NCBI GenBank assembly: GCA_016194745.1
Contig: JACQBA010000013.1
Coordinates: forward strand, 320,822 to 384,821
Origin: Elusimicrobiota bacterium
GTDB lineage: Bacteria; Elusimicrobiota; Elusimicrobia; UBA1565; JACRDR01
DNA length: 64,000 nt
Direction of reading: 5' to 3'
A program made the position numbers and the translations under genes. How positions within the stretch are numbered: the first letter of the stretch is position 1; every line of letters starts with the position of its first letter. Shown in pieces: positions 45,236-54,913 of this stretch. The notes under the pieces were generated by a model. That model did no database searches. It was given only the letters and a program-made list of their open reading frames with translations, and had not been told where the DNA came from.

Positions 45236-45931
45236 CTAACTTTTCCGAGTCGAGCGCCCAAGCGGCCGTCCGAAGCCCCGGAAGATCCAACCTCTGGCGA
45301 ACATCCGCTCGCCGTCTTCTTCGCGAGTCGCGTACCAGTCGTCGCGCGACGCTTCGATGACCCTGTACGTCCCCGACGTCTCGACGCTGCTGACGAGGGC
45401 GATGTGGGAGATCCATCCCGACCGGCTCCGGCTCATGAAAACCACGTCGCCCGGCTCCGGCGGTCCGTCTTCGTCGAGGCAGCCGTTGTGCTTGCAATAG
45501 GAATATAGATTCCGCGCTCTGCGATCGAAGTAGGGATCACCCGGGTTTCCGTCGCGCTTGCCGTAGTGACCGGGATGCGCTCGATAGTCCGCCTCCAGGA
45601 GCCTGCGGATCGATGCCCCCGCGTTTCTATAGGCGATCGTCGGGACGTCCATGCAGACGATGAAGCCCGCCCTTCCGCCGATGTTGTTGAGGTACCCCTG
45701 CAGAGGGTCATACCACACGCCGACCAGCTTCCGCGCCTCCGCCACGATCATTTTTCGGTCGACGTGCTTGTTCCAGGCGTCGGGTTCCTTGTTAGGACCA
45801 CGGTAGATTCGATTTCGCCCGACGGTCGCGAGCGCAATCCCTAGAACGAGAACGATGGAAGCGACGATTGCAATCGCCGGAGCGACCGATTTCGACGATG
45901 ATCGAGGCATGAGCCGCAGTTCCCTTTTCAA
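45236..45931 (-). CDS. Membrane-anchored putative NlpC/P60-superfamily (DUF1287-like) hydrolase
   Basis: N-terminal TM. Cys in GFIVCMDVPTIAY and His in GWISHIALV suggest a papain-like Cys/His pair. Confidence 0.4.
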   Translation of the reverse strand: MKRELRLMPRSSSKSVAPAIAIVASIVLVLGIALATVGRNRIYRGPNKEPDAWNKHVDRKMIVAEARKLVGVWYDPLQGYLNNIGGRAGFIVCMDVPTIAYRNAGASIRRLLEADYRAHPGHYGKRDGNPGDPYFDRRARNLYSYCKHNGCLDEDGPPEPGDVVFMSRSRSGWISHIALVSSVETSGTYRVIEASRDDWYATREEDGERMFARGWIFRGFGRPLGRSTRKS

Positions 45932-46001
45932 CCATACGTTCGATCGGTTCGGTTTATTTCAACGGGCGCGCCGGCGTTCGACCCAAGGGCTGAAAAACGG
46001 T

Positions 46002-46055
46002 AATGCCTGCAGATCGAATCGGCTCGACGTGCAGGCATCTCGTAAAGTGGTGGGC
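46002..46055. repeat. Direct repeat copy 1 (hairpin aatgcctgca...tgcaggcatc + aagtggtgggc), ~80% identical to 47265..47318
   Basis: Aligns with the sequence immediately 3' of tRNA-Val plus its last 8 nt (tggtgggc). Confidence 0.6.
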
Positions 46056-46228
46056 CGTGACAGACAATCTTAGAAACTGGTTTTGAAGCAAAGGCTCAAT
46101 AGAATCGCCTGGTTGCCCATTTTGAGGGGGAGTTCAGGACATTGCTCGAACCCTCCGGAGCTCTCGCTGATTTTTTAATGGAACTTTTTGGCGTCCCCAA
46201 TCGTATACATAATGGAGGACGTTAACCC

Positions 46229-46732
46229 ATGCAACCATCCCTTCCCGCGGAAACGCTTGAGCATCGAATCTATTTTATCCGCGGCCACAGGGTTATGCTT
46301 GATAGCCATCTGGCTGAACTCTATGGCGTTTCTACGGGCAACCTGAATAAGGCTATCACCAGAAATACCGATCGATTTCCCGACGACTTCATGTTCCAAC
46401 TCAGCACGAAGGAGTCTCAAATCTTAAGATTCCAAATTGGAAGCTTAAGATGGGGCAAGCATTCGAAATATCTTCCCCGAGTTTTTACCGAGCAAGGCGT
46501 GGCGATGCTTTCCAGCGTCCTTCGCAGCAAACGCGCGGTTCACGTCAACATTGGAATCATGCGCGCCTTCGTGAAATTAAGGCGTCTGGTATCTTCCTAT
46601 CCTGGTTTAGCGCGGCGATTGGACGAGCTGGAATCGAGATATGATGCGCAATTCAAGGAAGTCTTTGCGGCCATCCGAGGTTTGATGGCCTATCCAAAAG
46701 AACCCGGGCGGCGAATAGGATTCAAGCCGTAG
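46229..46732 (+). CDS. ORF6N-domain (KilA-N-like) DNA-binding protein, mobile-element associated
   Basis: IYFIRGHRVMLDSHLAELYGVSTGNLNKAITRNTDRFPDDFMFQLS matches the ORF6N N-terminal signature. It lies in a locally low-GC segment. Confidence 0.7.
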   Translation: MQPSLPAETLEHRIYFIRGHRVMLDSHLAELYGVSTGNLNKAITRNTDRFPDDFMFQLSTKESQILRFQIGSLRWGKHSKYLPRVFTEQGVAMLSSVLRSKRAVHVNIGIMRAFVKLRRLVSSYPGLARRLDELESRYDAQFKEVFAAIRGLMAYPKEPGRRIGFKP

Positions 46733-46748
46733 CGGCTCAATCGGATGG

Positions 46749-47171
46749 TTAGGCGACGTCAAGCCTCTGCCGCTTACCGATGACTACCTCGGTGATTGCC
46801 GCCTTCAGAGATTCTAGCTCGGGATGGACCCAAATACCCTTGGCAACTAATCCGCCGCCCATTCCACCAGAAACAGTTTCACCTACGGCGCCGCGCTCAA
46901 AAGAGATCCGAGCGGAAGTGGGGTCATTCCAGCCATGCGCATCGATGTCGATGAGCAAAGCTTGTAACGCCGATCCGCTACAGTTAACGCAGCCCACTTG
47001 GGCGACAGCATATATCTGGCCGCCGCCATCTCCTTCAAAAACAACGATCCCATCTGGATGGGCCTTCGCTTGCTCAAGCGTTTCGACGGCCTCGTAGGGC
47101 TTTCCTCCGGCGTCAGACATTAGACGCCGCAAGCCGCTTTCGTGATCTGGCAGGTGGTCCGGCTTATCCAT
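46749..47171 (-). CDS. Hypothetical protein (islet cargo)
   Basis: Located in the low-GC segment. No recognised motif. Confidence 0.4.
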   Translation of the reverse strand: MDKPDHLPDHESGLRRLMSDAGGKPYEAVETLEQAKAHPDGIVVFEGDGGGQIYAVAQVGCVNCSGSALQALLIDIDAHGWNDPTSARISFERGAVGETVSGGMGGGLVAKGIWVHPELESLKAAITEVVIGKRQRLDVA

Positions 47172-47264
47172 TTGTTCGCACGCAATTGCCTAAAGCGGTA
47201 ATTAATTGACCTGCATATCACTCCCAGCACAGATTTATTGCTCATCGCTCGAACCGAATAAGCA

Positions 47265-47318
47265 CAATGCCTGCAAATCGAAATTGATCGACTTGCAGGC
47301 ATCCTAACAAATGGTGGG
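47265..47318. repeat. Direct repeat copy 2, overlapping the 3' end of tRNA-Val and its downstream hairpin
   Basis: aatgcctgcaaatcgaaattgatcgacttgcaggcatc...aaatggtgggc. Confidence 0.6.
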
Positions 47319-47386
47319 CAGTACAGGATTCGAACCTGTGACCCCTGTCGTGTGAGGACAGTGCTCTACCGCTGAGCTAACTGCCC
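47312..47386 (-). tRNA. tRNA-Val (anticodon CAC), CCA encoded
   Basis: Reverse complement reads GGGCAGTTAGCTCAGCGGTAGAGCACTGTCCTCACACGACAGGGGTCACAGGTTCGAATCCTGTACTGCCCACCA. Anticodon loop is CTCACAC. Confidence 0.85.
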
Positions 47387-47468
47387 GAAAGCGGCGACTA
47401 GATTATAGCAATTCGGGCGCTCACCGGTTCTTGCGCGCCGGTGACCGGCCGCGTATGCTTATACGGCA

Positions 47469-48665
47469 ATGTCCCCCGTATTCCTCGCGGGCGCGCTGGC
47501 GGTCGCGGTGCTTCTCGTTTCGCCGGCGGCCGCCGCCGACGCTCGAAGCGCCGCCGAACGCATCGCGGAGGCTCCGCTGGGCCCCGGCAAGCCGTCGCTC
47601 ACCCGCGCCGAGGCCGAAGAAGACGCGGAGTTGCTCGCGACCGCCATGGAACGGGCGTACGCCGGACGCTTCGCGGTATCGACGACCTCCTGGACGAACG
47701 CTCTGCGCCATGTGCGCGGGGTCCCCGCCATCGCCTCGGACGACCGCCTCGCCGCGAGGGACTTCTGCGCCGCGGTCGCCGAGGCATTCGCCGCCTTTCC
47801 GGACCGGCACCTGACCGTCACTCTCGACAACAAGGCTTGCCGGACGATCCCCTCGAGACCTCGCTCGCGCGTCGGCGTCAATCTCGCGCGCTCCGCGAGA
47901 CGACGGTGGACCGTGGAACGGCGCAAGACGGGCGTGCGAACGTTCGGCATCATCGCGATCTCGTACTTTCCCAACTTCGCCGACCCTCGCTGGGACGGAT
48001 TTGAACAGGCGGTCGAGACGCTGCTCGACGCCGACGCGCTGGTGCTCGATATGCGGGGCAACGGTGGCGGCGATCCGACTCGAGGCCTGTGGCTCGTCCG
48101 GCGGCTCTACGGCGGAGAGCCTCCCTCTCCGGTCGCGCGCGACTTGATGATCGAGTCTCCCGAAGCGCAGGCGATGGCGATCGTCAGCCTGCGCCGCCAG
48201 CTCGCGCGATCGGGGACGGGCGACGTCGAGACATTCGTCGAGCAGCGGCTGGCGGACGCGAAGAGACGCTTGGCCGCACAGCTCAAGAATCCGGAGACAC
48301 GGACGCTCGAGCGGCGTCCCGAGCCCGGGGTTCCTTTTGATCCGAAGGCCGGATTCGCCCGGCCGGTGTCGGTCCTGATCGACTCGGGCTGCGCGTCCGC
48401 CTGCGAGGGCATGCTGACGGACCTCGAGGCGCATCCGTACGTCCGCACCGTCGGCGGCCGGACGGAGGGGTTGGTGCATACGCGCCGGGTCAGCGAATTC
48501 GTGCTGCCGAACAGCGGCATCGTCCTGAAGATGGCGACCGCTTACAGGGAATTCAAGGACGGACGGCACCTGGAGGGCGTCGGCATCGAGCCGCGCGTCC
48601 CGGTCGAAACCGGCAAGGACGCTCTCGACACCGCGTTGAGCGAGCCGCCGGCAGCCGCTCGTTGA
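47469..48665 (+). CDS. S41-family peptidase (C-terminal-processing/tricorn-core-like), secreted
   Basis: Signal peptide; S41 motifs LVLDMRGNGGG and SVLIDSGCASACE. Confidence 0.7.
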   Translation: MSPVFLAGALAVAVLLVSPAAAADARSAAERIAEAPLGPGKPSLTRAEAEEDAELLATAMERAYAGRFAVSTTSWTNALRHVRGVPAIASDDRLAARDFCAAVAEAFAAFPDRHLTVTLDNKACRTIPSRPRSRVGVNLARSARRRWTVERRKTGVRTFGIIAISYFPNFADPRWDGFEQAVETLLDADALVLDMRGNGGGDPTRGLWLVRRLYGGEPPSPVARDLMIESPEAQAMAIVSLRRQLARSGTGDVETFVEQRLADAKRRLAAQLKNPETRTLERRPEPGVPFDPKAGFARPVSVLIDSGCASACEGMLTDLEAHPYVRTVGGRTEGLVHTRRVSEFVLPNSGIVLKMATAYREFKDGRHLEGVGIEPRVPVETGKDALDTALSEPPAAAR

Positions 48666-48890
48666 TTCCTTACCGAGGCGCCGCCGGGGTCAATCCAAGC
48701 GAGACCTCGATCGACCCGGAGACCGTCGACGGCGTTCGCCGCGCAAGGCGACGCAAGGAGCAGCCCCGCAACGGCGCTGCGGATGGCTCGAAAGAGGACC
48801 CTCATCGCCGAAGAGCATAGGATACGGTCTTTACTTTACTATTACAGGCCGTCCATGGAACGGAGGCGCGAGTCGGGATATCCTGACCGC

Positions 48891-49676
48891 ATGAGGAACG
48901 CGTCCGCCGGAATCATTCTCGCGTCCGCACTCGCGCTGCTGGGCTGCCAGACGGTCCCCTACTCGCACCGTTCGCATCTCGTGCTCGTCCCGGCGGGCGA
49001 AGAAGCGGCGCTCGGGGAGAGCGAATACCGGAAGGCGCTGGGTGAGGCGAAGCTCTCGACCGACCAGGACGCCGTCGCCTTGGTCCGCCGCGTCGGCGAG
49101 CGGCTCGCGCGAGCGGCCGAGAAGCCGGACTTCAAGTGGGAGTTCAATCTGATCGACGACCCGAAGACCGTAAACGCGTGGTGCCTCCCGGGCGGCAAGG
49201 TCGCGGTCTACTCCGGCATCCTCCCGATCGCTAAGGACGAAGCCGGCCTCGCCGTCGTGATGGGGCATGAGATCGCGCACGCCTTGGCCCGCCACGGGTC
49301 CGAGCGCATGAGCCAGGGCCTCGTCGCCCAGCTCGGCGGCGTCGCTCTCGCCGCCGCCATGGCGAGCAAGCCCGAGGCGACGCAGCAGCTCGCGCAGCAG
49401 GCGTACGGTTTCGGCGCCACGGTCGGCGTGCTGCTTCCCTACAGCCGCACGCAGGAGAGCGAGGCGGATCACATCGGTCTCATCTTGATGGCCAAGGCCG
49501 GCTACGATCCGACGGCCGCCGTCGGTTTCTGGGAGCGGATGGCCTCGTCGTCCGGCGGGAAGGAAGACCCCCTGCAGCGCTACCTTGGCACTCACCCTAC
49601 GCACTCGGACCGGATCGCGAAGATACGCGAAGAACTGCCGGAGGCGTTGGGGTACTATAAGCTGGCGAGTCACTGA
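48891..49676 (+). CDS. M48-family zinc metallopeptidase lipoprotein (BepA/YfgC-like)
   Basis: Lipobox ASALALLGCQ. Motif VVMGHEIAHALARH with a downstream ESEADHIG third ligand. Confidence 0.8.
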   Translation: MRNASAGIILASALALLGCQTVPYSHRSHLVLVPAGEEAALGESEYRKALGEAKLSTDQDAVALVRRVGERLARAAEKPDFKWEFNLIDDPKTVNAWCLPGGKVAVYSGILPIAKDEAGLAVVMGHEIAHALARHGSERMSQGLVAQLGGVALAAAMASKPEATQQLAQQAYGFGATVGVLLPYSRTQESEADHIGLILMAKAGYDPTAAVGFWERMASSSGGKEDPLQRYLGTHPTHSDRIAKIREELPEALGYYKLASH

Positions 49677-49792
49677 TTCCGCAGGAAAATCCTATAAAGT
49701 TCGCGGCGGCCCGCAGAATTGGAGTGGTCCCTTGGGCCCATTCGGCAGGTTCCCCTTGTGCCCTTGGGGGCAAGCGCGCGCGCGCATAATAT

Positions 49793-50683
49793 ATGGCAAT
49801 GCCCCTTTTCGAAACGCGGGGCCGGACCTTGTTCGCTCTTATTGGGAGCGTCGCTTTCATTTTCTCAAGCCCCGCCGCGGCGATCGAGACCGGCTTCATG
49901 CGGCCGGCCGAGAGCACGCTCTACGTCCCTTCCATCGGCGGTGCGCCAGTCGAGGAATTGGTCCAGCATCGACCCCTCGCGCCCCAGAATATCATCGCCA
50001 AGCAGGAGATCGAGGCGGCCCAGAGATACCCGAAAGACAAGATGATCATGTCGATGGAGGAAAGCCGGCGCTGGAGCATCCTCGAAGACTGGCATGCGGA
50101 CTTCGTCGTGGCTCCCGCGAGGAAGCCTTTCGGCAAGGTCGAGTTCATCGAGTACCGGAAGGCGAAGGGCCTGTCGCTGGATTTCGCGCGCTCCCAGGTC
50201 CGGAGCTACGACGCGCTCATCGTCAAGGCCTGCGCCGACGCGAGCAGGGACCCTTCGCTTCCGGACCTCGTCCGGAGCGTCATGTTCATGGAAAGCGCGC
50301 TCGCGGGGCCCGCGATGTCCTTTAGCGTCGACATCATCACGCGGGTCGGCGGCGATAGGATTCGCGCGTTCAGCTATCCGCCGATGCGAATCAAGGCGTA
50401 CCACTGGGCGGCGCTGCTGCCCCCGGGCGCCGACTTCAACAATACCGAGCACAACGTCAAGGCCGGCGCCATCCTCCTCGCCCGCATCCTCGCGCGCTTG
50501 CGCGAGCCCTCAATCGCCGCCGCGGCCACCGTCTACTCCTACACCGGCGCGGAGTTCGTCAGCGAGTACGGCGGCGCGGTGGCGTATGTCCATCGGACGA
50601 AGCCCTGGACCAACGGCTTCGGCGAGCTCTACGGCTCGAACGAGCCCCCCGACTTCCCGCCGATCGGGATTCCCGCGCCCTGA
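49793..50683 (+). CDS. Putative lytic transglycosylase (SLT/lysozyme-like domain) protein
   Basis: Signal peptide. VMFMESALAGPAMS (catalytic Glu-Ser context) ... NTEHNVKAGAILLARIL. Confidence 0.45.
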   Translation: MAMPLFETRGRTLFALIGSVAFIFSSPAAAIETGFMRPAESTLYVPSIGGAPVEELVQHRPLAPQNIIAKQEIEAAQRYPKDKMIMSMEESRRWSILEDWHADFVVAPARKPFGKVEFIEYRKAKGLSLDFARSQVRSYDALIVKACADASRDPSLPDLVRSVMFMESALAGPAMSFSVDIITRVGGDRIRAFSYPPMRIKAYHWAALLPPGADFNNTEHNVKAGAILLARILARLREPSIAAAATVYSYTGAEFVSEYGGAVAYVHRTKPWTNGFGELYGSNEPPDFPPIGIPAP

Positions 50684-50733
50684 TCCGGCGTCTCGGCGCG
50701 CACGGTCGCCGCGCATGGACATTCCGTCGACGA

Positions 50734-51498
50734 ATGTTCCATAATGGCCCTATGACCCCTTTACTGAAGCGCTCTTCCGCCTCGATCCTCGCCGCACTCG
50801 CCGTCGCCATCGTCGCCGGGACGGCCGGCGCGACCGCCTTCGGCGACTTCAAGAGCAACGTCAACCTCGGCAACTTGAAGCCATTCGCGCTCGACATCGG
50901 CGGCGTCCTGGGCGGCACGAACTTCCACTCCGGCCGCTCGCTCGGCATGCCGGGCTTCGACGTCGGCGTCGTCGGCACGATGCAGCTGCGTCCCGACCGC
51001 GACGACACGATCCTGCGCAACGCGGGCGTGCAGCGCTTCGGCATCCCGATGATCCAGGCGGAGATCGGCCTCCCGTTCAACTTCGACGTGATCGCGCACG
51101 GCATGTCGGCCCAAGGCGCGCGCGTCTTCGGCGGCGGCCTGCGTTACGGGATCCACAAGAGCGGCGTCCTCTCGGTCCTGCCCGACGTCGCGGTCTCCGT
51201 CTTCGGCGACAAGCTGAACCACGAGTTCTTCAACGCGACGCACTTCTCGGGCAACGTAGTCGCCTCGTTTCACCTCCCGATCGTGCATCCCTACGTGGGC
51301 TTCGGCTACGACGTGACGAAGGCCACGGTCGGCGCGGCCACCGCCGCCGGCGTCGTCGGCGGCTCCGCGACGGCGCGCGGGACGCGGCTCACGGCCGGCG
51401 TCGACGTCTCTCCCATCCCATTCCTCCACGCCTACGGCGCCTACAATCTGCTCCACGGCCTCCCCGGCATCGACCTCGGACTCGGCTTCCGGTTCTAA
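50734..51498 (+). CDS. Putative outer-membrane beta-barrel (porin-like) protein
   Basis: Signal peptide. Gly-rich alternating strands; ends GLGFRF (C-terminal Phe). Confidence 0.5.
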   Translation: MFHNGPMTPLLKRSSASILAALAVAIVAGTAGATAFGDFKSNVNLGNLKPFALDIGGVLGGTNFHSGRSLGMPGFDVGVVGTMQLRPDRDDTILRNAGVQRFGIPMIQAEIGLPFNFDVIAHGMSAQGARVFGGGLRYGIHKSGVLSVLPDVAVSVFGDKLNHEFFNATHFSGNVVASFHLPIVHPYVGFGYDVTKATVGAATAAGVVGGSATARGTRLTAGVDVSPIPFLHAYGAYNLLHGLPGIDLGLGFRF

Positions 51499-51521
51499 GT
51501 GCGGGGATCCGCGGCCCGACG

Positions 51522-52103
51522 ATGAAGATATACACGAAAACGGGCGACAAGGGGGAAACGGGACTCTGGGGCGGCGAGCGCGTTTCCAAGACGCACCCGC
51601 GCGTACTCGCCTACGGCGACGTCGACGAAGCGAACAGCGCCGTGGGCGCCGCCATCGCCGCGCTCCCGGCCGGCAGGACCTTCGCCGCTTTCAAGACCTC
51701 GCTGAACCGCGTGCAGGAGGAACTCTTCGTGGTCGGCGCGCTCCTCGCGACGCCCGCCCATCGACTGGACAAGCTCGCCGCGCCCTTCGACAAGGGACTC
51801 GGCCCCGACGCCGCGGAGCGCCTCGAGCGCGAGATCGACGCGATGACGGCGGACCTGGAACCGTTGAAGCGCTTCATCCTTCCGGGCGGCTCGCAGGCGG
51901 GCTCGCTCCTCCACCTCGCGCGGACCGTCTGCCGGCGCGCGGAGCGCCAAGCGGTAGAACTTTCCTCCACCGATCCCGTCCCCGACGGGATTATCGTCTA
52001 CCTTAACCGGCTGTCCGATTTCCTCTTCACCGCCGCGCGCTGGGTCAACCGGAAGGAAAAGCGCCCGGAGACCGAGTGGGTCGGCCTGGCCAAGAAGCGC
52101 TGA
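51522..52103 (+). CDS. pduO: ATP:cob(I)alamin adenosyltransferase, PduO-type
   Basis: The N-terminal MKIYTKTGDKGETGL is a canonical PduO-type motif. Confidence 0.85.
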   Translation: MKIYTKTGDKGETGLWGGERVSKTHPRVLAYGDVDEANSAVGAAIAALPAGRTFAAFKTSLNRVQEELFVVGALLATPAHRLDKLAAPFDKGLGPDAAERLEREIDAMTADLEPLKRFILPGGSQAGSLLHLARTVCRRAERQAVELSSTDPVPDGIIVYLNRLSDFLFTAARWVNRKEKRPETEWVGLAKKR

Positions 52104-53074
52104 TGCCCGAGACGGTCGTCGAAGTCCGCGAGCTGTCGCACCGTTATCCCGAGCGCACGAAGGACGCCGCGCCGCGGGCGGCGCTCGACGCCGTCTCCTT
52201 CGACGTGCGGCGCGGCGAGCTCTTCGGGCTCCTCGGCCCCAACGGCGGCGGCAAGACGACGCTGTGCCGCATCTTGACGACCACGCTCGGCGCCTCCGGC
52301 GGAACCGCCTCGATCCTCGGCCGCGACGTCGCGAAGAATCCCTCGGCCGCGCGCCGCGCCTTCGGCGTCGTCTTCCAGAGCCCGAGCTTGGACAAGCGCC
52401 TGAGCGTGCGGGAGAACCTGACGCATCAGGGCCACCTGTACGGATTGAGCGGCAGCACGCTCGCCAAGCGCATCGACGCCATGCTGGAGCGCGTCCGCCT
52501 TCGCGACCGCGCCGACGACCGCGTGGAGCACCTGTCGGGCGGGCTCAAGCGGCGCGCCGAGCTCGCGAAGGCGCTGCTCCACGAGCCCGAGCTCCTCATC
52601 CTGGACGAGCCCACGACCGGCGTCGATCCGGGCGCGCGCGTCGACATCTGGACGTACCTCAAGGAGCTCCGCGACAAGCAGAAACTCACGATGATCGTGA
52701 CGACCCACTTGATGGAGGAAGCCGACCGCTGCGACCGTCTCGCGATCCTGAGCCGCGGCAAGCTCGTCGCGATCGGCTCTCCGGACGCGCTCAAGGGCGA
52801 GATCGGGGGCGACGTGATATGGGTCAAATGCAAGGACGCCGACCGCCTCGCGGCCCAAGTGCGCTCCAAGTTCGGCGTCTCGGCCGCGGCCGTCGACGGG
52901 GCCCTGCGCGTCGAGCGCCCGAACGGGCACGAGTTCGTCCCGGAACTGGTCGAGGCCTTCCCGGGCCAGGTCGAGTCGGTCACCCTGTCCAAGCCCACGC
53001 TCGAGGACGTCTTCATCCGCCGGACGAACCACCGCTTCTGGTCCGAGGACGCCCTTGAGGAGGCGCGCGCGTGA
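52103..53074 (+). CDS. ABC transporter ATP-binding protein (ABC-2/NodI-like exporter)
   Basis: Walker A GPNGGGKTT, signature LSGGLKRR, Walker B LLILDEPTTG. Start overlaps the pduO stop (TGATG). Confidence 0.85.
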   Translation: MPETVVEVRELSHRYPERTKDAAPRAALDAVSFDVRRGELFGLLGPNGGGKTTLCRILTTTLGASGGTASILGRDVAKNPSAARRAFGVVFQSPSLDKRLSVRENLTHQGHLYGLSGSTLAKRIDAMLERVRLRDRADDRVEHLSGGLKRRAELAKALLHEPELLILDEPTTGVDPGARVDIWTYLKELRDKQKLTMIVTTHLMEEADRCDRLAILSRGKLVAIGSPDALKGEIGGDVIWVKCKDADRLAAQVRSKFGVSAAAVDGALRVERPNGHEFVPELVEAFPGQVESVTLSKPTLEDVFIRRTNHRFWSEDALEEARA

Positions 53075-53847
53075 GCCGCTACCTCCTTTCCGTGGCGACG
53101 CTCTGGCACCGCGAGGTGAAGCGGTTCTACCGCGAGCGGGCCCGCGTGATCGGCGGCTTCGCGCCCCCGCTCGTATTCTGGTTCCTGATCGGCTCGGGGC
53201 TCGGAAACTCCTTCAGCGGCCCGGGGCTGCCGAGCGGGACGACGTACCTCCAGTACTTTTTCCCAGGGACGATCCTGCTCATCGTCCTTTTCACGGCCAT
53301 CTTTTCCACGATCTCCGTGATCGAGGACCGGCACGAGGGCTTTCTGCAGGCAGTCCTCGCCGCGCCCGTCCCGCGCTCCTGCATCGTGCTGGGCAAAGTG
53401 CTCGGAAGCGCCACGATCTCCTGCAGCCAGGGGCTCGCGTTCCTGGCCCTGGCGCCGGCGGTCGGCCTGCCTGTGCGCGCGGAGCTCCTGCCGTTCGTCC
53501 TGGCGGAGCTCGTCCTCGTCGCGATCGGCTTGGCGGGGCTCGGCTTCTGCCTCGCCTGGACGCTCGATTCGACGCAGGGATTCCACGCGGTGATGAACCT
53601 CTTCCTCATCCCGATGTGGCTTCTGTCGGGGGCGCTGTTTCCCCCCGCCGGCGCGCCGCGGTGGCTGAGGCTCGTCATGGCCGGCAATCCGGTGACGTAC
53701 GCGGTCGCGGCGCTTCAGCGCGGCCTGCTGCAAGGCGGAGGCGGCGACGGCCCGAGCGCGGCGACATGCCTCGCCGTGACGGGAGCGTTCGCGCTCGCCA
53801 TGATCGCCGCGGCGTCCGCGGCGGTGGGCCGCTCGGCCAGGAGCTGA
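53071..53847 (+). CDS. ABC-2 family transporter permease
   Basis: 6 TM segments. Overlaps the ATPase stop. Confidence 0.8.
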   Translation: MSRYLLSVATLWHREVKRFYRERARVIGGFAPPLVFWFLIGSGLGNSFSGPGLPSGTTYLQYFFPGTILLIVLFTAIFSTISVIEDRHEGFLQAVLAAPVPRSCIVLGKVLGSATISCSQGLAFLALAPAVGLPVRAELLPFVLAELVLVAIGLAGLGFCLAWTLDSTQGFHAVMNLFLIPMWLLSGALFPPAGAPRWLRLVMAGNPVTYAVAALQRGLLQGGGGDGPSAATCLAVTGAFALAMIAAASAAVGRSARS

Positions 53848-53848
53848 C

Positions 53849-54670
53849 ATGTCCATATTCCGCGAGCCGATCGATTGCCTCTACCGCTTCGAGACCTATC
53901 CCGCGCGGACCGAATCGTCCGGCCTGCGCACGATCGCCTACGCCGCGCTCCTCGCCGCCGTCGTCGCCGCCTGCTCGACCGTCGCCCTCTATCTCCAGAT
54001 CGCGCCGACGATCCGCCAGGCGATCGACTGGGCCGGGCGCACCATCCCCGAAGTCTCGCTCGAGGACGGCGTCGCGACGACCGCCGCCGCGGAACCGCTC
54101 ACGCTGACGCCGCCCTCGGACGTCGGCGGGGCGATCCGCATCGACACCGCGCGGACCGAGCCGCCGACGCACGCGGAGATGGCGAAAGAGGGCTGGGTCG
54201 TGTGCTTGACCAAGCACGCGGCCTACGTGAAAATGCACGAGCGGCTCGACGAGTACCGCTACTCCCACGTGCGCGGCAAGCACGTCGTGCGCCTCGACGC
54301 GAGCTTCTTCCGCTCGATCGGCAGGCTCGCCTCGTTCACGGTCTATCCGGGCTTCTTCCTTTTCACCTGCGTGATGTACACGCTCTGGGCGCTCGCCGCG
54401 GGCTTCCTGTACTCCGTGATCGGGATTGTGCTGAGCGCGGTCTCGGGCAAGGGGCTGTCCTACGAGGTGCTCTACAAGCTGGCGGTCTTCGCGCAGACGC
54501 CGGTCATGGTGCTCCAGGCGGTCCTGGCCTTCGCGCCGGTCTCGCTCGCCCCCGTGCGCGCCCTCGCGGTCGCGAGCCTGCTCGTCGGCGCCTACATCGG
54601 ACTCGCCATCCGGCATTACCCGGACCCGGCCCAGCAGCCCGAGTCCGACTCCGACGACGATCAACCCTAG
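53849..54670 (+). CDS. DUF1189-like polytopic membrane protein
   Basis: One N-terminal TM, soluble loop, then 3-4 TMs. Acidic C-terminus ESDSDDDQP. Confidence 0.45.
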   Translation: MSIFREPIDCLYRFETYPARTESSGLRTIAYAALLAAVVAACSTVALYLQIAPTIRQAIDWAGRTIPEVSLEDGVATTAAAEPLTLTPPSDVGGAIRIDTARTEPPTHAEMAKEGWVVCLTKHAAYVKMHERLDEYRYSHVRGKHVVRLDASFFRSIGRLASFTVYPGFFLFTCVMYTLWALAAGFLYSVIGIVLSAVSGKGLSYEVLYKLAVFAQTPVMVLQAVLAFAPVSLAPVRALAVASLLVGAYIGLAIRHYPDPAQQPESDSDDDQP

Positions 54671-54751
54671 GGTTCGGGGTACGGAGTCCGGGGGATCGGA
54701 GTGCGGAACGCCCCTTCATACGGGGCCGCCCGGACTCCGATCGCCGATAAT

Positions 54752-54913
54752 CTATTCTTGTACCAACAGGATTGGAATCCCGTCGCGGACGTCGTAAGAA
54801 CGACCGCACGCGGAACAGCTGAGGCGGGAGGCGGGCTCATCGAAGGCGAGCGGCATCTTGCAGGCGGGGCAGGCGAGGATCTTGAGGAGCGCCGGGTCGA
54901 GCGGCCGGCTCAT
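54752..54913 (-). CDS. Trm112/UPF0434 (YcaR-like) zinc-ribbon protein, 53 aa
   Basis: Not in the track (under 60 aa). Minus-strand translation is MSRPLDPALLKILACPACKMPLAFDEPASRLSCSACGRSYDVRDGIPILLVQE. The ATG overlaps the tldD stop. Confidence 0.65.
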   Translation of the reverse strand: MSRPLDPALLKILACPACKMPLAFDEPASRLSCSACGRSYDVRDGIPILLVQE

